The translations under genes were made by a program, and so were the position numbers. DNA of 64,000 bases, taken from NCBI RefSeq assembly GCF_024521635.1, contig NW_026250432.1, positions 124,001 through 188,000 of the forward strand, written 5' to 3'. The notes under the pieces were generated by a model that did not search any database, had not been told where the DNA came from, and saw only the letters and a program-made list of their open reading frames with translations. Positions 24,852-38,700 of this stretch are shown here, piece by piece; positions within the stretch are counted from its first letter, which is position 1, and each line of letters starts with the position of its first letter. The stretch is from Tricharina praecox. Its lineage: Eukaryota.

Positions 24852-25314
24852 CGAGCAGAGGGAAGATTTCGAGAACGGTTTTGGAGGTGGATGAGGTAGG
24901 AGATGAGCGGCCACAGCAAGAGAGTGTGTACATAGGAGGTGAGGCTTGTAGGGTGTGATTTTCTTTCACGATTTTCCCGTCACTAAACTACAAAGGTAGA
25001 TAACGGGCTACCAGGAAGAGTAGTAGATATTTGCTAAGGTACATCATGCCTATGATACTCAAGGACTTTCCCTTCCTCTGTTGTTGCGCTGACATCTTTC
25101 GTCTGGTTTTGCACGCGTGAGTTGGCACGTTTGATTCGATGCGGTTTGGCGCAGGTAAGGTTATTTTTGAGCTCTAAGGCCTTTGCCGTGGAGCGAGGGG
25201 ATGTGTATCATGTAAGCATGTAGTGTGAGGGGGAAGGAGGAGGAGGGGGAAGGGCAGACATCGCGACTCCGGATCCGTTCTTTCGAACTTCTTCACGGCA
25301 AAAGGACTGGCCGT

Positions 25315-25348
25315 TCATGACTCATGGCTCGTGCCTCATGACTCATGG
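25315..25348. promoter_or_regulatory. Two perfect Gcn4/CpcA (AP-1) elements ATGACTCAT
   Basis: TCATGACTCATGG at 25315-25327 and 25336-25348 in the divergent JmjC/eIF4A intergenic region; a third ATGACTCA at 25623. Confidence 0.55.
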
Positions 25349-26004
25349 GCACAGTGCTTCACCGGTGCAGAACCGTACGAGCAGAGCAAGCAAGCATGTA
25401 GAGAGGACCGTACGACCAGAGCAAGTATCGAGAACCGTCTCCTCCCACGCCGCTCCCCGCGTGCTGTATAGGACCAGTAGCGCGAGCCGCCGCAGTGGTG
25501 GGAAGAAAGGCGGTCTTCGCAGCCATGGGAGAGATCGGGTCTGAGTTTTCGAAAGCGAAGTCGCTGGCTGAATTTTCGTCGTGGCTACTCCCACAATGGA
25601 AAGCAAAAAACTCGATCGGGCGATGACTCAGCTGAAAGAAACTTCGAACGGCGAGAAGCGATTGGCTGGGTGGGTCGAGAGTGCGCACAGTTGGTGGCGG
25701 GGCCAGAGGCCAGAGAAGTGAGAGAGAGAAAAAAAAAATTGAATGCAACCCACAAAACCCGCCCCACCAACACCACCGCCAGCCCTCCTCCCCCTCCATT
25801 GTTTTCGATAACACAACCATCTTCCCCACTACCCATACCACAACCACACAACCAAAAAACCACCGTAATAAAACTTCTCTCCGTTCGCTCGCAAAGACCA
25901 GTCTCCTTAACACTTCCATAGTTCACATCCAGGCCGTCTTTCGTCCGGATACACCCCGCGCACACATAACTACCACAAAACACCACAAACACAACTCGCC
26001 CAGC

Positions 26005-27268
26005 ATGGCTACTGAAGGTCTGAAGGACGTCGAGGTACGCATCTCTCCATCTTGTCACCGCATCTCTTCTCGTCGTGCGACTTGCGCTCTTCTCCTATCG
26101 AGAAACTGGCGGCACCTTTCGCTCGCTGTGGTTGGCGGTCGCTCAACGTCGCGGCGGGGAAATTGCGGGGTTGTTGTAGTGGCCCGATGGCCACAAGAGG
26201 CTAACCCGCCATCTCGAACAGGGACAAATCGAGTCCAACTACGATGAGACTGTCGACAACTTCGACAGCATGAACCTGAAGCCCGAGCTTCTGAGAGGTA
26301 TGCCTTCCCCGTTATCCCCTCACCCTTTGTGCGACTGCGACTCCGAAAGTCTACGTTGCTTTACATTTTGAGCCTCATCTTTACACCTGTAATGAACGAA
26401 TGCTGACCTGTGTGGCTTTTAGGAATCTACGCTTACGGTTTCGAGCGCCCCTCTGCTATCCAGCAGCGTGCTATCCTACCCGTTATCAACAGTATGTCTC
26501 CCTCTCGACAGACGTCAACCGTCTGGCGCACATGAGCGGAACCCACGACTTCTAGTCGTTTCGTTTTCACCAGATGTTGCGTCGCACATGTATGTCCGCT
26601 CGTAAGGCTGACATTGTCTCCAGACCGCGACGTCATCGCCCAGGCTCAGTCCGGTACCGGAAAGACCGCTACTTTCTCCATTTCGGTCCTGCAGAAGATC
26701 GACCTGAGTGTCAAGCAGTGCCAGGCATTGATTCTTGCCCCCACTCGTGAGCTGGCTCAGCAGATCCAGAAGGTTGTCGTCGCCATCGGTGACTTCATGA
26801 ACGTCGAGTGCCACGCCTGTATCGGAGGTACCGTCGTCCGTGACGATGTCAAGATCCTCCAGGACGGTGTCCACGTCGTTGTCGGTACCCCTGGACGTGT
26901 CCACGACATGATCCAGCGTCGTGCCCTCAAGCCCGATGCCATCAAGCTCTTCGTCCTCGACGAGGCCGATGAGATGCTGTCGGTATGTGACCGATTCCTC
27001 CACAGATCCCGATAATGTCACTAACGCCCTTTTCCAGCGTGGTTTCACCGAACAAATCTACGACATCTTCCAGCTGCTTCCCCAGAGCACCCAGGTCGTC
27101 CTTCTTTCGGCCACCATGCCCCAGGACGTCCTCGAGGTCACCACCAAGTTCATGCGTGACCCCGTCCGCATCCTCGTCAAGAAGGCTGAGTTGACCCTCG
27201 AGGGTATCAAGCAGTTCTACATTGCCGTGGAGAAGGAGGAGTGGAAGCTCGATACCCTGTCGGACTTG

Positions 27269-27307
<39 letters not shown>

Positions 27308-27463
27308 AACACCCGCAGAAAGGTCGATTGGCTCACCGAGAAGCTCACCGCCCGTGACTTCACCGTCTCTGCCATGCACGGAGATATGGACCAGACCGCT
27401 CGTGACTTGATCATGAAGGAGTTCCGCTCCGGCTCTTCGCGTGTGTTGATCGCCACCGATCTG

Positions 27464-27495
<32 letters not shown>

Positions 27496-27806
27496 CCTGG
27501 TCATCAACTACGACTTGCCCGCAAACCGTGAAAACTACATTCACAGAATCGGTCGTGGAGGTCGTTTCGGACGCAAGGGTGTCGCCATCAACTTCGTCAC
27601 TGCTGTGAGTATCCCCTGGACGAGAGGTTCTTCTGTAAAAAAAATTGTCGCTGATTTCCATCACAGGAGGATGTTCGCATGATGCGTGAGATCGAGCAGT
27701 TCTACTCCACCCAGATTGAGGAGATGCCCATGTTTGTTCCCTCCAGATTTCTTTTGCCGCCAGCGGCTAACCAAGCAATTATAGGAACGTTGCCGACCTT
27801 ATCTAA
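26005..27806 (+). CDS. TIF1: Translation initiation factor eIF4A (DEAD-box helicase), 7 exons
   Basis: [19 protein letters not shown]...[47 protein letters not shown], ending MPM|NVADLI*. Strong codon bias. Confidence 0.98.
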
Positions 27807-30800
27807 GCTCGCCATCCTCATACCTTTCATACCACGTTTGAGTGTAGGGAGCTCGATAATATAAAAGTTTCTTTCTTTCTTCGGTTTTCCGGATGGCTCC
27901 TCTAGGGATTTTTGTTTGCTCGGCTGGGGGGTTTCGGAGAAATAAAAGGAAACATAGGGTGGAGACATTGGATTCAACAAGGAGGTATCAAAAAAAAAAG
28001 TTTGCAACCTTTTGTGTCCGATCTTTTTCTTCTTTTCTTCGATCTCATGTTCTTTTTGTTTCTTTCTGAAGGTGTATGGCTGGAAGGCGTATTTTTTCTG
28101 CGTGAAGATTTCCGTTCCAGTCATGTTTTTTTCTCTACCTGTTTCTCTTTCTTTGTGTTTCGGATTGTGCCCTTTCCCCTTTTCCTCATGTGAGATGGTT
28201 TACGACTGGAGTGGTTGGTTTTCTTTGTTCGTTTTTTTTCTCTTGCTCTTTCAATTCTATGGAACTTTTTTGCTCCTTCTTTCTTCTACTACAGCGTGCG
28301 AGAAAAAGGTGGGCGGCGGCGGGTGGTGGGTGGTTTACGGGCGGCGGGTGGGCGTGCTATAGACTATTTCGAAGTTGATCTTGAAGTTGATTCTGAAGTA
28401 ATTCTGAAAGCCGGTAGAGGTGGTGATGGTGTGCTATGCCGTGCTGTGCGAGAAACTGTCGTGGTGAAGATAGGTACAGTACCGAGGTGTAGACTGCCAT
28501 GACTGCCTGGTAGTGAGATATAACTCTGTACAAACTTGCCATACCATTTAACTCTTCCATCCGATTTCGAGAATTTTACACTAGGTCTGCATCTCCAGAA
28601 CCAAGTGATATCATACATGAGCACGGGAGAAAGTGCCTGAGAGGGGCGAGTGATATCGGTGCCCGCTGCGGGTGGGTATCGCCGCATCGGCCAATCGCAA
28701 CAGCCGTGGGGATTGAATTGGTCTTTCACACCTCACACCTCACCTGCGGCCCGCAACTTTCAGGACCGCGCAGGGCAGGGTGGCTGGCTGGCTGGCTGGC
28801 TTATTGGCTTGTTGAACCAACGGATTTGTGCGTAGAGGGAGAGAGCGAGGGAGGGAGCGAGAGAGGTCTATGGCTCTTTTTCAGCTCGCCGCTCCCCGCC
28901 GTTCATCCAAATTATCCATCCATCCATCCATCCGTTCATTCAGCTGCAAAACAAAGCACAGCCGCAAATGATCGCTATGTAATGCGCACGGTATGTGCTT
29001 TGATTCACCCACTCCCCGCCCCCACTTCACATCTCACATACCCATAAACCCCCACCCCATCCCACTCACACCCCATCCTCGGTCTTCTTGTGGGTGTGTG
29101 GGTTTGTATTTCTTCGAGCGGGCAGTGCTGAGTGGTTTGTAAGTATTTCCGCTCCTTCCTCCTCATGCCCAATTAGCGCTGATTCGCTGAATTGGCGGCC
29201 GCGGTCCGTTCGGTCTCTCTTCGGCTGGCTGGCTATTGATTAATGACTAATGATCATTCCCGCTGTTCGCGATACTTATCAAGTACCTGGTTAACTAGTG
29301 GCGGGCGGTGGACGGTGGGCGATGTTTCATTCCCTCGCCGCCTGCCCGCTAGCACGCCAGCACGCTTTTCCGAGACCTCTGGCTGATTCTGATATACCTA
29401 CCAGTGGTTAGTGCTTCCAGTGTATATAATACCTATCGATGGTGATCTACCTTCTTACTGCCTAGAGTAACAGGTACCTATCCGGTTGCTGGCAGCGGAT
29501 CCAGAATCTCAAAGAGTCGAAAAGTCGAAGCTTCCCCAGCTTCCCCAGCTCCCCTTCAGCTACCCAGAATCTTCCGGTGAAGTGAAGTGAAGTGCACACC
29601 TGCACAACCTGCCTACTTGGGTGTGCACCCTGGATGGCAGCTGTCTTGTGGCTCTGATTTGTGGAAATTCGGACCTGTCATAGTTATCATAGGTACTTCC
29701 CTGCTGTTTATCTCGTACTGTGTGCTTGTAAGTTGTATGTAGGGGGGCACCCTGGATCACGGTTTTTCCTGTGGGGCTTCTTGTATGTACCAAGTGTGTA
29801 TGTGGACCCGTGGTAGATCCTCGCAGGGCGAGCCTCGGAGTGAGTATCATACTTTTTGCCCAACTGGAACGTGGCCCGTGGGTGGTTAACTACGGTTGTC
29901 CGAGTGGCCGGATGGCCGCCATTAACAATCCATAGGTGAGTACATGCCCCGCTGGTTGGCCGCAATCGTCGGCGTACTCGACCTATTGCTATCGAAACAT
30001 GCGGACCACCAATTGCCAAGCACGCCTGCGAGCTGAAGAAGAGGGATGGATACCTATGATACTATACCTACCTGTGTTGTTCTGCACGCTTCTCGAGTCT
30101 CGACGATCAATGTCCAGCAGCCTGCGCGCAGGGGCCTGGGTGGTACATCATAGGGTACTCTACATATGCTCGGAGGATGACGCGGCTCGAACACTACTAG
30201 GTATGATAGATACATCACAGTTATGCAAACCCTGCCGTTGATCCAGCCGGGCAGCCGGAGCCGAGCTCTTGCGACTCGAGAGTCGAGGTGACTGCTTGGG
30301 TACTCTAAACACCCACCCAGTCACTGCATTGCACCACGTCGTTTGGCAGCCCGGCGGTGGTCTCGGCATGAGACCGAGTCACTAGGTAGATGACTCCAGG
30401 AATGACTGGACATGCTGCAACGTGCTAGGTAGAGTAGGTAGAGTAGCAGTATTGTTGATGGAACCGGGGAGGGGCGATGTATATCGCGATCCTCAGTCGT
30501 CGAAGCTTCATCCCTACCACTCCTCCCACAGCACTCCGCGCAACACCGGTACCACCGCATCTCAGCCCAACATTCACCAGTGGTGCATGCTCTTGGATCC
30601 GGGCACTTTTGAAGTCGTCCAGTAGCGGAGTGGTATGTAGGGACGTCGTCGTGGACGAGAGGGTGATCTTGGCTGCTCTTGCAAGGGTATCGGTGTCGCT
30701 AGCTACGGGATCGTCCTTTGGCGTTGCGAGCCGCACGCGGTCACGGTCACGGGACTGGGCAACAGCAGATGGGACCAAACAAACCTACACCTACGGTACC

Positions 30801-33800
30801 CTCCACCACCACTCTACCTCCTACATATGCTTCAAACTCCCTACTGGCTCCAACTAACTAACAACCCCGCCGCTCTTCTTCTGATCCATTCAACCGTCCG
30901 CTCGACATCCGAAACACTTCTCGCACGATGATGTTGAATGCAGCCAATTGCATCTCCGGCCTGGGCGGACGCCGCAAGTGTGCACCTGCCGCATGCTATG
31001 TACCACCTCTGTTTCCGCACCGTGCACAGCCACTACATTGGTGCTGAGGATATTGGTTTCTGAAGCTGAAGAAACTGGAGTCGGCTCGATGGATGAGCTC
31101 GAAATGAGTATGAACAGCTTCTTGCTATGTAGGTAGGTAGTCTACTCCGAGGTCCTCAATCATAATATCCGCCCCGAAGCTTTCGTCGAGACAAGCCCCG
31201 TTGGATTGGCCCTGATACTCAGCCATGTGCATTGCCGACATGGCTTGGAGCATGATCGTTACTGGTGCAGTGTTGCTACCTGGCCCATCTTATGTACTCT
31301 GATTGTACTCGAGGAACATCAGAGAGCACGTCGTCGAACTGGTAGAGAAACTCGAGAAACCCACATGGTTCGTTTGATCTGTTTAGTGGCGGATGAGCTA
31401 CCTACTTGGAAACGCACGATATCCTTCTTCCTATGTGGTTACGTTCTTGACGGTGTCAAGAAAGCTCTCGGAGGCGTATGGGATCCGGACGTTCTCCGTC
31501 CAGCTTGTGGATGGTCCTTCACTGACACACTGACCGCCACAGGAATCGAGAGCTACTCTTATCACATACAAGCACATAATTACGGTTCATACAGCCAGAC
31601 CTGTGAATCGGGCGCCCAGTCCGTCATTGGGAATGCCCGAGACGAGACGAGACGGAATCAATCGGGCCCAAACACGGAGGAAAACGGGTTTCGGGATCGT
31701 GCAGAGGAAGACGTCTGACGAATATCCCACCGGGCCCTACGTAGAATGAGGTTCACTTCCGTGACGGACGGAATTTCGGGTTTCCCAACAACCGTCGGAA
31801 CAAAACACTAGTTACTCTAAACGGCCCGCCACGCTACTCTATTATATAGTTCTCGGCCCCCATTCGGGATCCTGACATTTCCAATTTTCCATCCCCACTG
31901 CCCAGATTGGACGGCCCCGGCTGCGGAAAAGACGGCCCCACACCCCCCGGGCCCTCCATTGATCTCCGCCCGGACGTTCAAATCCCCAGCCCTGTATACT
32001 CCACTAGGTATGCAGCCTGGTCCGAAGGCGCAGTGCGAGGACTCCGGAGATCCACAGGTTGCAATTTGCACGTGTGAATTCGAAAGTTGAAACGGGGCTG
32101 CAACTCAGGTTTCAACAAGCAGTGGCCGAGCACCTGAGGGAGAAGGGAGAAAAGACTTCCGCATACCCACGTGCGACAGTTGGGAGGATTACGGCGTTGC
32201 TCAGCAATTACGAGTGTTCCGATTTTCCTCACGCACTCCAGTCTCCAAGCACTCCATCTACCTACTTCGGACGAAGATGCATATGGCGATCCCTATCCTG
32301 TCCAAAAGCCCCTAACAGTCGGTTAGAATAAAGCCGGCAAAAAAAACCAATTTTTTTCTCTCTTTCGGAAAACGGAACAGAGATTGGGCTGGGCTGAGCT
32401 GGTATTTGAGGCTAACTATGGCCCAAGGGGTCCAGATGTGGTGGTGATTCCGTGATTCCGCGATTCCGTGATGATGGTTATGCTACCCGAGTAGGCACCT
32501 GGGTCCTATCATATGCGAATAGTTACATAGGAGTACCGTACCTATCTCCAGGTACAAAACTACATAACCACATCCGGGAGCCAAAGAAAGAAAACTCAAA
32601 AACCGAAAACGAGAAAACCGCAGGCTTTGAATTTGGCTCTTCCGCAAACTCCGGCTCTCGCACGAAACGGTAACCAACGGGGGAGTCGGGACCACTGGGA
32701 CCACTGGGACATGCTGTGATGCTGCACAGGGACAGGGTTTTCGTTTCGTATCACTCGAGAGGTCAGGCTCGGCGGCGAGATCGACAGCTGCAGCCCGCCC
32801 CCCCTCCCCCCCTCCCCCTCCCGCCCGCCCCCGAGGAGAAGAAGTGGAGGAAGGAATTCGGAACAACTTCTCTACTCTGGAGTAGAGTAGAGTCTACCGT
32901 ACTGGGCGGTTGCGACCGACACTACGATGATGAAGTACCGATAGAGATAGTAGTTCGGATATCGCGGCCTTGACAAGCGCTCCTAACGTACCTACTAACT
33001 ATTATTTAGTAGCGGAGCGGAGGGCATTGACCTCGACATATATATTACTACTAACTATTACTAGTAGTACTACATAGCAGGAGGGTTGCGCTATGATGGA
33101 CGGGTAGACACGCTGCATGAAGAGAGGTCCCGACGACATCCGCCGAACGCTGGGCGCGCGGGGGGCGGGGGATGATCCCTTGTTATCCGTCGACATCGTC
33201 GCCAGCACGATTCCGGATCTACCTAGGTCCTACATACGGTATCGCATCAACTTGCTCGACCGACTCAAGTCTCGAGCGCTCCAGCGCTCCAAGCCTACAA
33301 CCTCCAACAGTGAACACAGCTTTCGGCGAAAACCCGCAGGCGTGCATCTATCTACTCATCCATGTCCTGAGATACATACATAGATACCTACGGCATCGAT
33401 CGGCTTCGGAAGGGCGCCGCATGCAGCAGCAGCAGCAAGGATAGGAGAGGATAACTACGAGTCTGCGACTCACCTGGGGCTTTCTTTACTCGAAGTACTG
33501 GATACCTATTCTACTGGGGCCGCGAGGAAGTCTTCTACGGTTCTATACCCGGCGTTTGGAAGACCTTTTCAGCTGGTCCTGGTAGTTGGGCGAACCACTC
33601 GGATTCCAGGGCTGCGCCAAGGGAAGCCCGTCAAAAGTCCGCGGGTCAACCGAACGTCTCGTTGTAGTTATGTGTGTATAGTACGCTCTCCAGGTCTGCG
33701 GAATGGAGCTCGAGTGCCGAATGCCGAGGACCGGAGTACAGTACATACACGCAAAATGGCACGACAGATGCTGTGTATACTATAGTAGGTACTATGGTTG

Positions 33801-35791
33801 CCGACGGAATAGACGGATAGGTGGGTACGGAGAAAGATTCGGCGCCGCGGATTGAAGTGGATTGGAGAATATCGGTGCCAACGGGGCCGGTAGTGGAGAT
33901 GCGGGGACCGGCGGAGATTTGGTAGAGACGGCGAGGTTGAAGTCGAGGTCGGAAGATCAACCGGTCTGGTAGTGGGGATGATCGCAGATTCACAGTGGGG
34001 GAGTTTCGACTTGTTATAAATGTATAATACGTGGAGTATTAATGTGATGTCTCGGCCGAGGCACACTCCGATGGGGACCGGCGGCGGCGGCATGACGTGT
34101 GGGCGTACGAGAGAAGAATCGAATGGTCTATGTACTGCCTATATGCAGCGGGAAAGGTGTGCGATGAAGAATCGTTCGTTGAGTACGGTTCGAGAAGGGC
34201 CTGATATCTAGACTTATCTAGTTAAATCCCGGTCCGATTCACAACGCCACAGGTCCCGCGATCAGCCGGTAGGCCGGACGGGGCACGCGGGGTACGGTAG
34301 CTAGTACTTACCTAAGAGAATGCGTGTAGATGTTCATCCGGGATTGCGTCTTCTTCATGTTCCTCCTCTTCTTCTTCTTCCCTCCCATCGTTTCTCGTGC
34401 GCTCAGCCTCATCCTCAGCCTCAGCTCAGGGCATCCGATCTGTACCTCGTATGCATACGTACATGAATACATAATTCGATTCTCGTGCTGCAGGCTGCGA
34501 TGGATAGCGATAGTCCACTATTATAGGGCCATAGGCACATCGTGTTGGTTGGTTCGTGTTTGCGACGTGCGCCGCTGCTGGAGTGTCTGCAGGCCCTGTG
34601 CAGGGAGTACCCCCCCAGGGACCCAGGACTAAGTTATGCGTCTATTTTCGGGGCCATGACGACGCCTGCCCGTCGCACGTCGCCCACAACAGCCCTCACC
34701 GTCCACCCACGCTCACCCACGCCCCATCGCCAGTCCGGGAGGGTGGAGTACCGAGCCGATCATCAGATAAGATGGGTACCCGTTGGCAACGAATGCGAGG
34801 GAACCTCTTGCCGTTGCGGGCGCCGCGGCGTAGGTGGCTGGCTGGCTTGCCAGGCAAGGTTTATATGTACTGCTGAAGAGGGAAAGCAGATACCCAGAGC
34901 ACTCTATACGTATGTAGCGGTGCCGGATGCCCGGGAGGGGCAGTTCGAACTGGAACTTCGAGCTGCTGCAGCAGGTCCTCTGCATCCTCTGCATCCTGGG
35001 GTGCGCTGCTTGTAACTCTATGTACTTGCCTAGGTACATGCCTCAACTGACATGAGGCGTTGTTTTCTCTCGTCATCACTGATTCCGAACATAGCCCACA
35101 CATATACTCTACCCTACTCTACCTCTTCCCAGCCAACATCCACACACACCCACCCACCACCCCCGGCCAGTCTCCTCCTCCTCCTCCTACATTTCCACCG
35201 CTTGTGGTTGAGCCCTCTCGTCACTCCCTTCTCTTCCTCGTATTCCTCCTCGATCTCACCGTCATCCCATCTCCCCCGCGCTCAGTATACTTACTAAGTA
35301 CTTACCTACCGACCTACCTGGCGGCATCAGTTCATTGTTTTTGTCAGAGTTATGAATTGAAACTCTCCATCGGTTTACCAGGTGCCACTTATTGAAAAGA
35401 CGAATTCCTGGTTCCAGTGCTGTTGTATCCGCCATTTCCGCCAGTTCCCGCCTTTCGGATCTCGAAAATCCCCCTCCGTCGAAATCCCTACCTACCTATT
35501 TAATCTTCCCCGTTTCTCTCTCGCTCTTCGAACCTACCGTTCCTGCACTCGTTTTTGAAAGGAAATCGCTTTTCTTTGACGCAAAGCTCCTACAATACCT
35601 AACCGCAAATACCGGCCGACTTGTCGACTGACCTGACTACCTCTCGGAATCTCACGGCTTACTTGCGTATAACCTCGAAAGGCTCCTCTGCACGTTGTAT
35701 AATTCTCCGGAAACGCCGGATAGAATCCCGAACCGGAAACAGTCGAAAAGGCCGCTCCGTCCGTGGGTGAGGGGGGGATAAGACATCCACA

Positions 35792-38700
35792 ATGACTCGC
35801 GCTCGATGTAGGTGATCCTGCCGCGTTAATTTCTTCTTCCTCTTCTTCTTCTTCTTTACCCAGTTAAGGCCAGCCGAAGAAAAAAAAAGCGGCTGAGACC
35901 TTTTGGCGTTCTCAGCCCGGGCAAAAGTAAAAAAGAAGAAAGTCGTTGGGCCGAGGGGGGCATAGTACTCTATAGGCGCGGAGGCTGACACCCGTATCCG
36001 TGGCGCCTGCACAGCATGGTCCGCCTCCTTCACCAGCATCCTCTCCTCAAAGTCCTCTTCCGACTCGCGAGATAAGAAGGACAACGGAACAGGAGTAGGA
36101 GGAAGGAACCGCCTACGACGCGAAACTTTGAACTTGACCCCGGACTACGGCATCGCGACGCACGTTACCGCCGCCGACTCCAACTCTCCTACCTCGACTA
36201 CGCCCCCCCACCCGACTCTCACCAAATCAAGACCGGCGTCGAGGCCGTTGAGCATCATGCAGATCGCGCCGTCCCGCGTGGAGGTCGAGGAGGATACGCT
36301 ACCAGAGCTGCAGCCCGCTTTCAATCTACTCAACATACATTCGGAGAAGTTATATACTGAGGGTTATTTCTTGAAGCTGGCAGATCTTACACCGGGTGAG
36401 TGCATTCTTGCGCTTTGTATGGGGGGCGCGCGAGTGGGAGGATAGAGACGGGGGGAGGGGCGAGGGGGGTGGGGGGAGCGAAGGGGATAGGGAAATCTTG
36501 GACCGCGCACTGGACCCTGAAAAAGATGTGGAAGCTGACAATTTCCCCTGGATTTTGGCTCAACAGATGGAAAACCGAATGCCGACAGAACGTGGAAGGA
36601 ATGTTTTGCGCAGTTGCACGGCACAGTGCTGTCGTTGTGGGATGCTGTGGAGTTGGAAACATCGGACCAGGGCACCGGCGTCGCGCCAATGTTCATCAAT
36701 CTCACTGATGCGTCCATCAAAATGGTTAGTCAAGTGCAAACACGGCCACTCCCGACGGGACGGGCGGATCAACTAACGTTGGGGGGTTGCGCTGGTCTAG
36801 ATCGATAAGATGCCGACACAATCACCGAATATCCCTCCTCTCACCAATGTCCTGCGCATATCTACAGCCGGACGAAATCGTTACCTTTTCCACTTTAATT
36901 CGCATCACTCGCTCGTTCAATGGACGGCCAGCATACGGTTGAGCATGTTTGAGCATGCTAAGTTGCAGGAGATCTACACTGGCGCGTTGATTGCGGCGAA
37001 GGGAAGAACATTGAACGGAATCACCCAGATTACGGCCAAGACAAACTTCAAGTACGAGGACTGGGTCAGAGTGAGATTTGGTGCCGGTACTCCGTGGAGA
37101 AAATGCTGGGCCGTCATCACGCAGCCCGACGAGAAGGTCATCAAGAAGGCGAAGGCTGCCGCCAAGAAGGCAGGCAATACTTCGTATCCACAGCACCCGA
37201 TTTTCAAGGGAGACATTAGATTCTACGATTCCAAGAAGAGCAAGAAGCAGGCTCCCATCGCGACCATCGTGGATGCATATGCAGCGTACGCGATGTACCC
37301 GCAGGCCAAACAACTCATCGACATGTCCAGCTTGATCAAGATTGAGGGCAGAATAAGGATCCATTCGGACGAGCAGTCGGAGAGCGAAGGCTTCGTGTTT
37401 CTCATGCCGGACATTCACCCGGCCATCAGTGGATTCGAAACTCTGCTGCGGTGCTTGTTCCCGATCTACGACACATTCGCCCTCTACGGACGGCCTGGCA
37501 GGCTGATCCCCGATAAGACGGATCCTAGGAGCCTGATGTTCGCCATGCCCGTCGATACCAGCCTGCAATGCGGGTATTTAGAGGTCGTGGACGTTGTCAA
37601 CATCGTCGTGACGGACGGAAGCAAGATCAAGTTGGAGTCGGAATGGAGGGACAGGCTGAAGGGCGCGACGCAAGAAAAGATCACCATGCTGTTGGATCGT
37701 AGGAGCAGGCCACGCGCAAGCATGCCGCCGGCACCACGCATCGCCTTCAACCCCGGATCGACATCATCGTCTTCCGGTCAATCGCAGCAGGCAGACTATC
37801 CTCCGCAGCATGTGCCACTGACTCCGGGATTGATTCACCAGCACAACAGATCGGCCTCGGAGGCAACTGGATTCATGAACTATCGGGGACAGAAGCCAAC
37901 AGCACCGACGTCTTACTTCGCGAACGCTTCTGGGAGCAGCAATAACCGATACGACAACAATGTCCCGTCCTCGGGCCACAGTGAGACCTCGTCGGACGAT
38001 AGCCTCTTCCAAGTCAGTCCCGCCGCCCGTCGTTTGCAGCAACAGACCAACCAGCCACCGCCCGAGCCCGTTCCCGTAACACCTACTTCGTTTCGCCCAC
38101 CAAGCTCAAGGCCGCCGCAGCTGCCGTTGCCAGACATAGAGACTTCCAGCAACATGTTTGCTGGGGTTGTTCCGCCCAGGAATCCAAGCTTTTCCCACGG
38201 AAAACCGACGGTGGCTCGCAAGGCCGTACCGACCAGTCCTACCGGTCAACCACCGCAAGTCGCGCAACATCGGAATGGAGAGGAGAGTCAATTGGAAGCA
38301 CCGCCCGGGTTTGCACTGCAGTCTTCGCACATAGTTCTTAGAGGCCCGCCGCCCAGAAACGACGAAAAGGAAGGATTTGATGACGAGTATGCGGACTACC
38401 CGCCGCCAGGGAGACCGATGTCACAAGAGTACACCGATCAAATACTCCGAAATGAGCCGCAAGCCAACCAGGGTCCTCCAGCGCCTGAATACACCGAACA
38501 CAACCGTTCGTGGCAGCTGACTCCCCCATCCGAGAGAGATTACCGCGATATGCCTCCTACTCTCCCGCTGTCGCAACGCAAAACGCCTCCTCAAGCCAAC
38601 AGCAGGACTCAACCACCACCTCTCAACACGAATTTTAGCCAGAGGTCCGTTGCTGCTGCTGCTGCAGAGAACAATACTCCCGACAGCACCACTGATCTTC

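Noticed and set aside
26299..26624. Intronic snoRNAs in eIF4A introns
   Set aside because: No convincing box C (RTGATGA)/box D pair or H/ACA layout seen; an Infernal scan would be needed.
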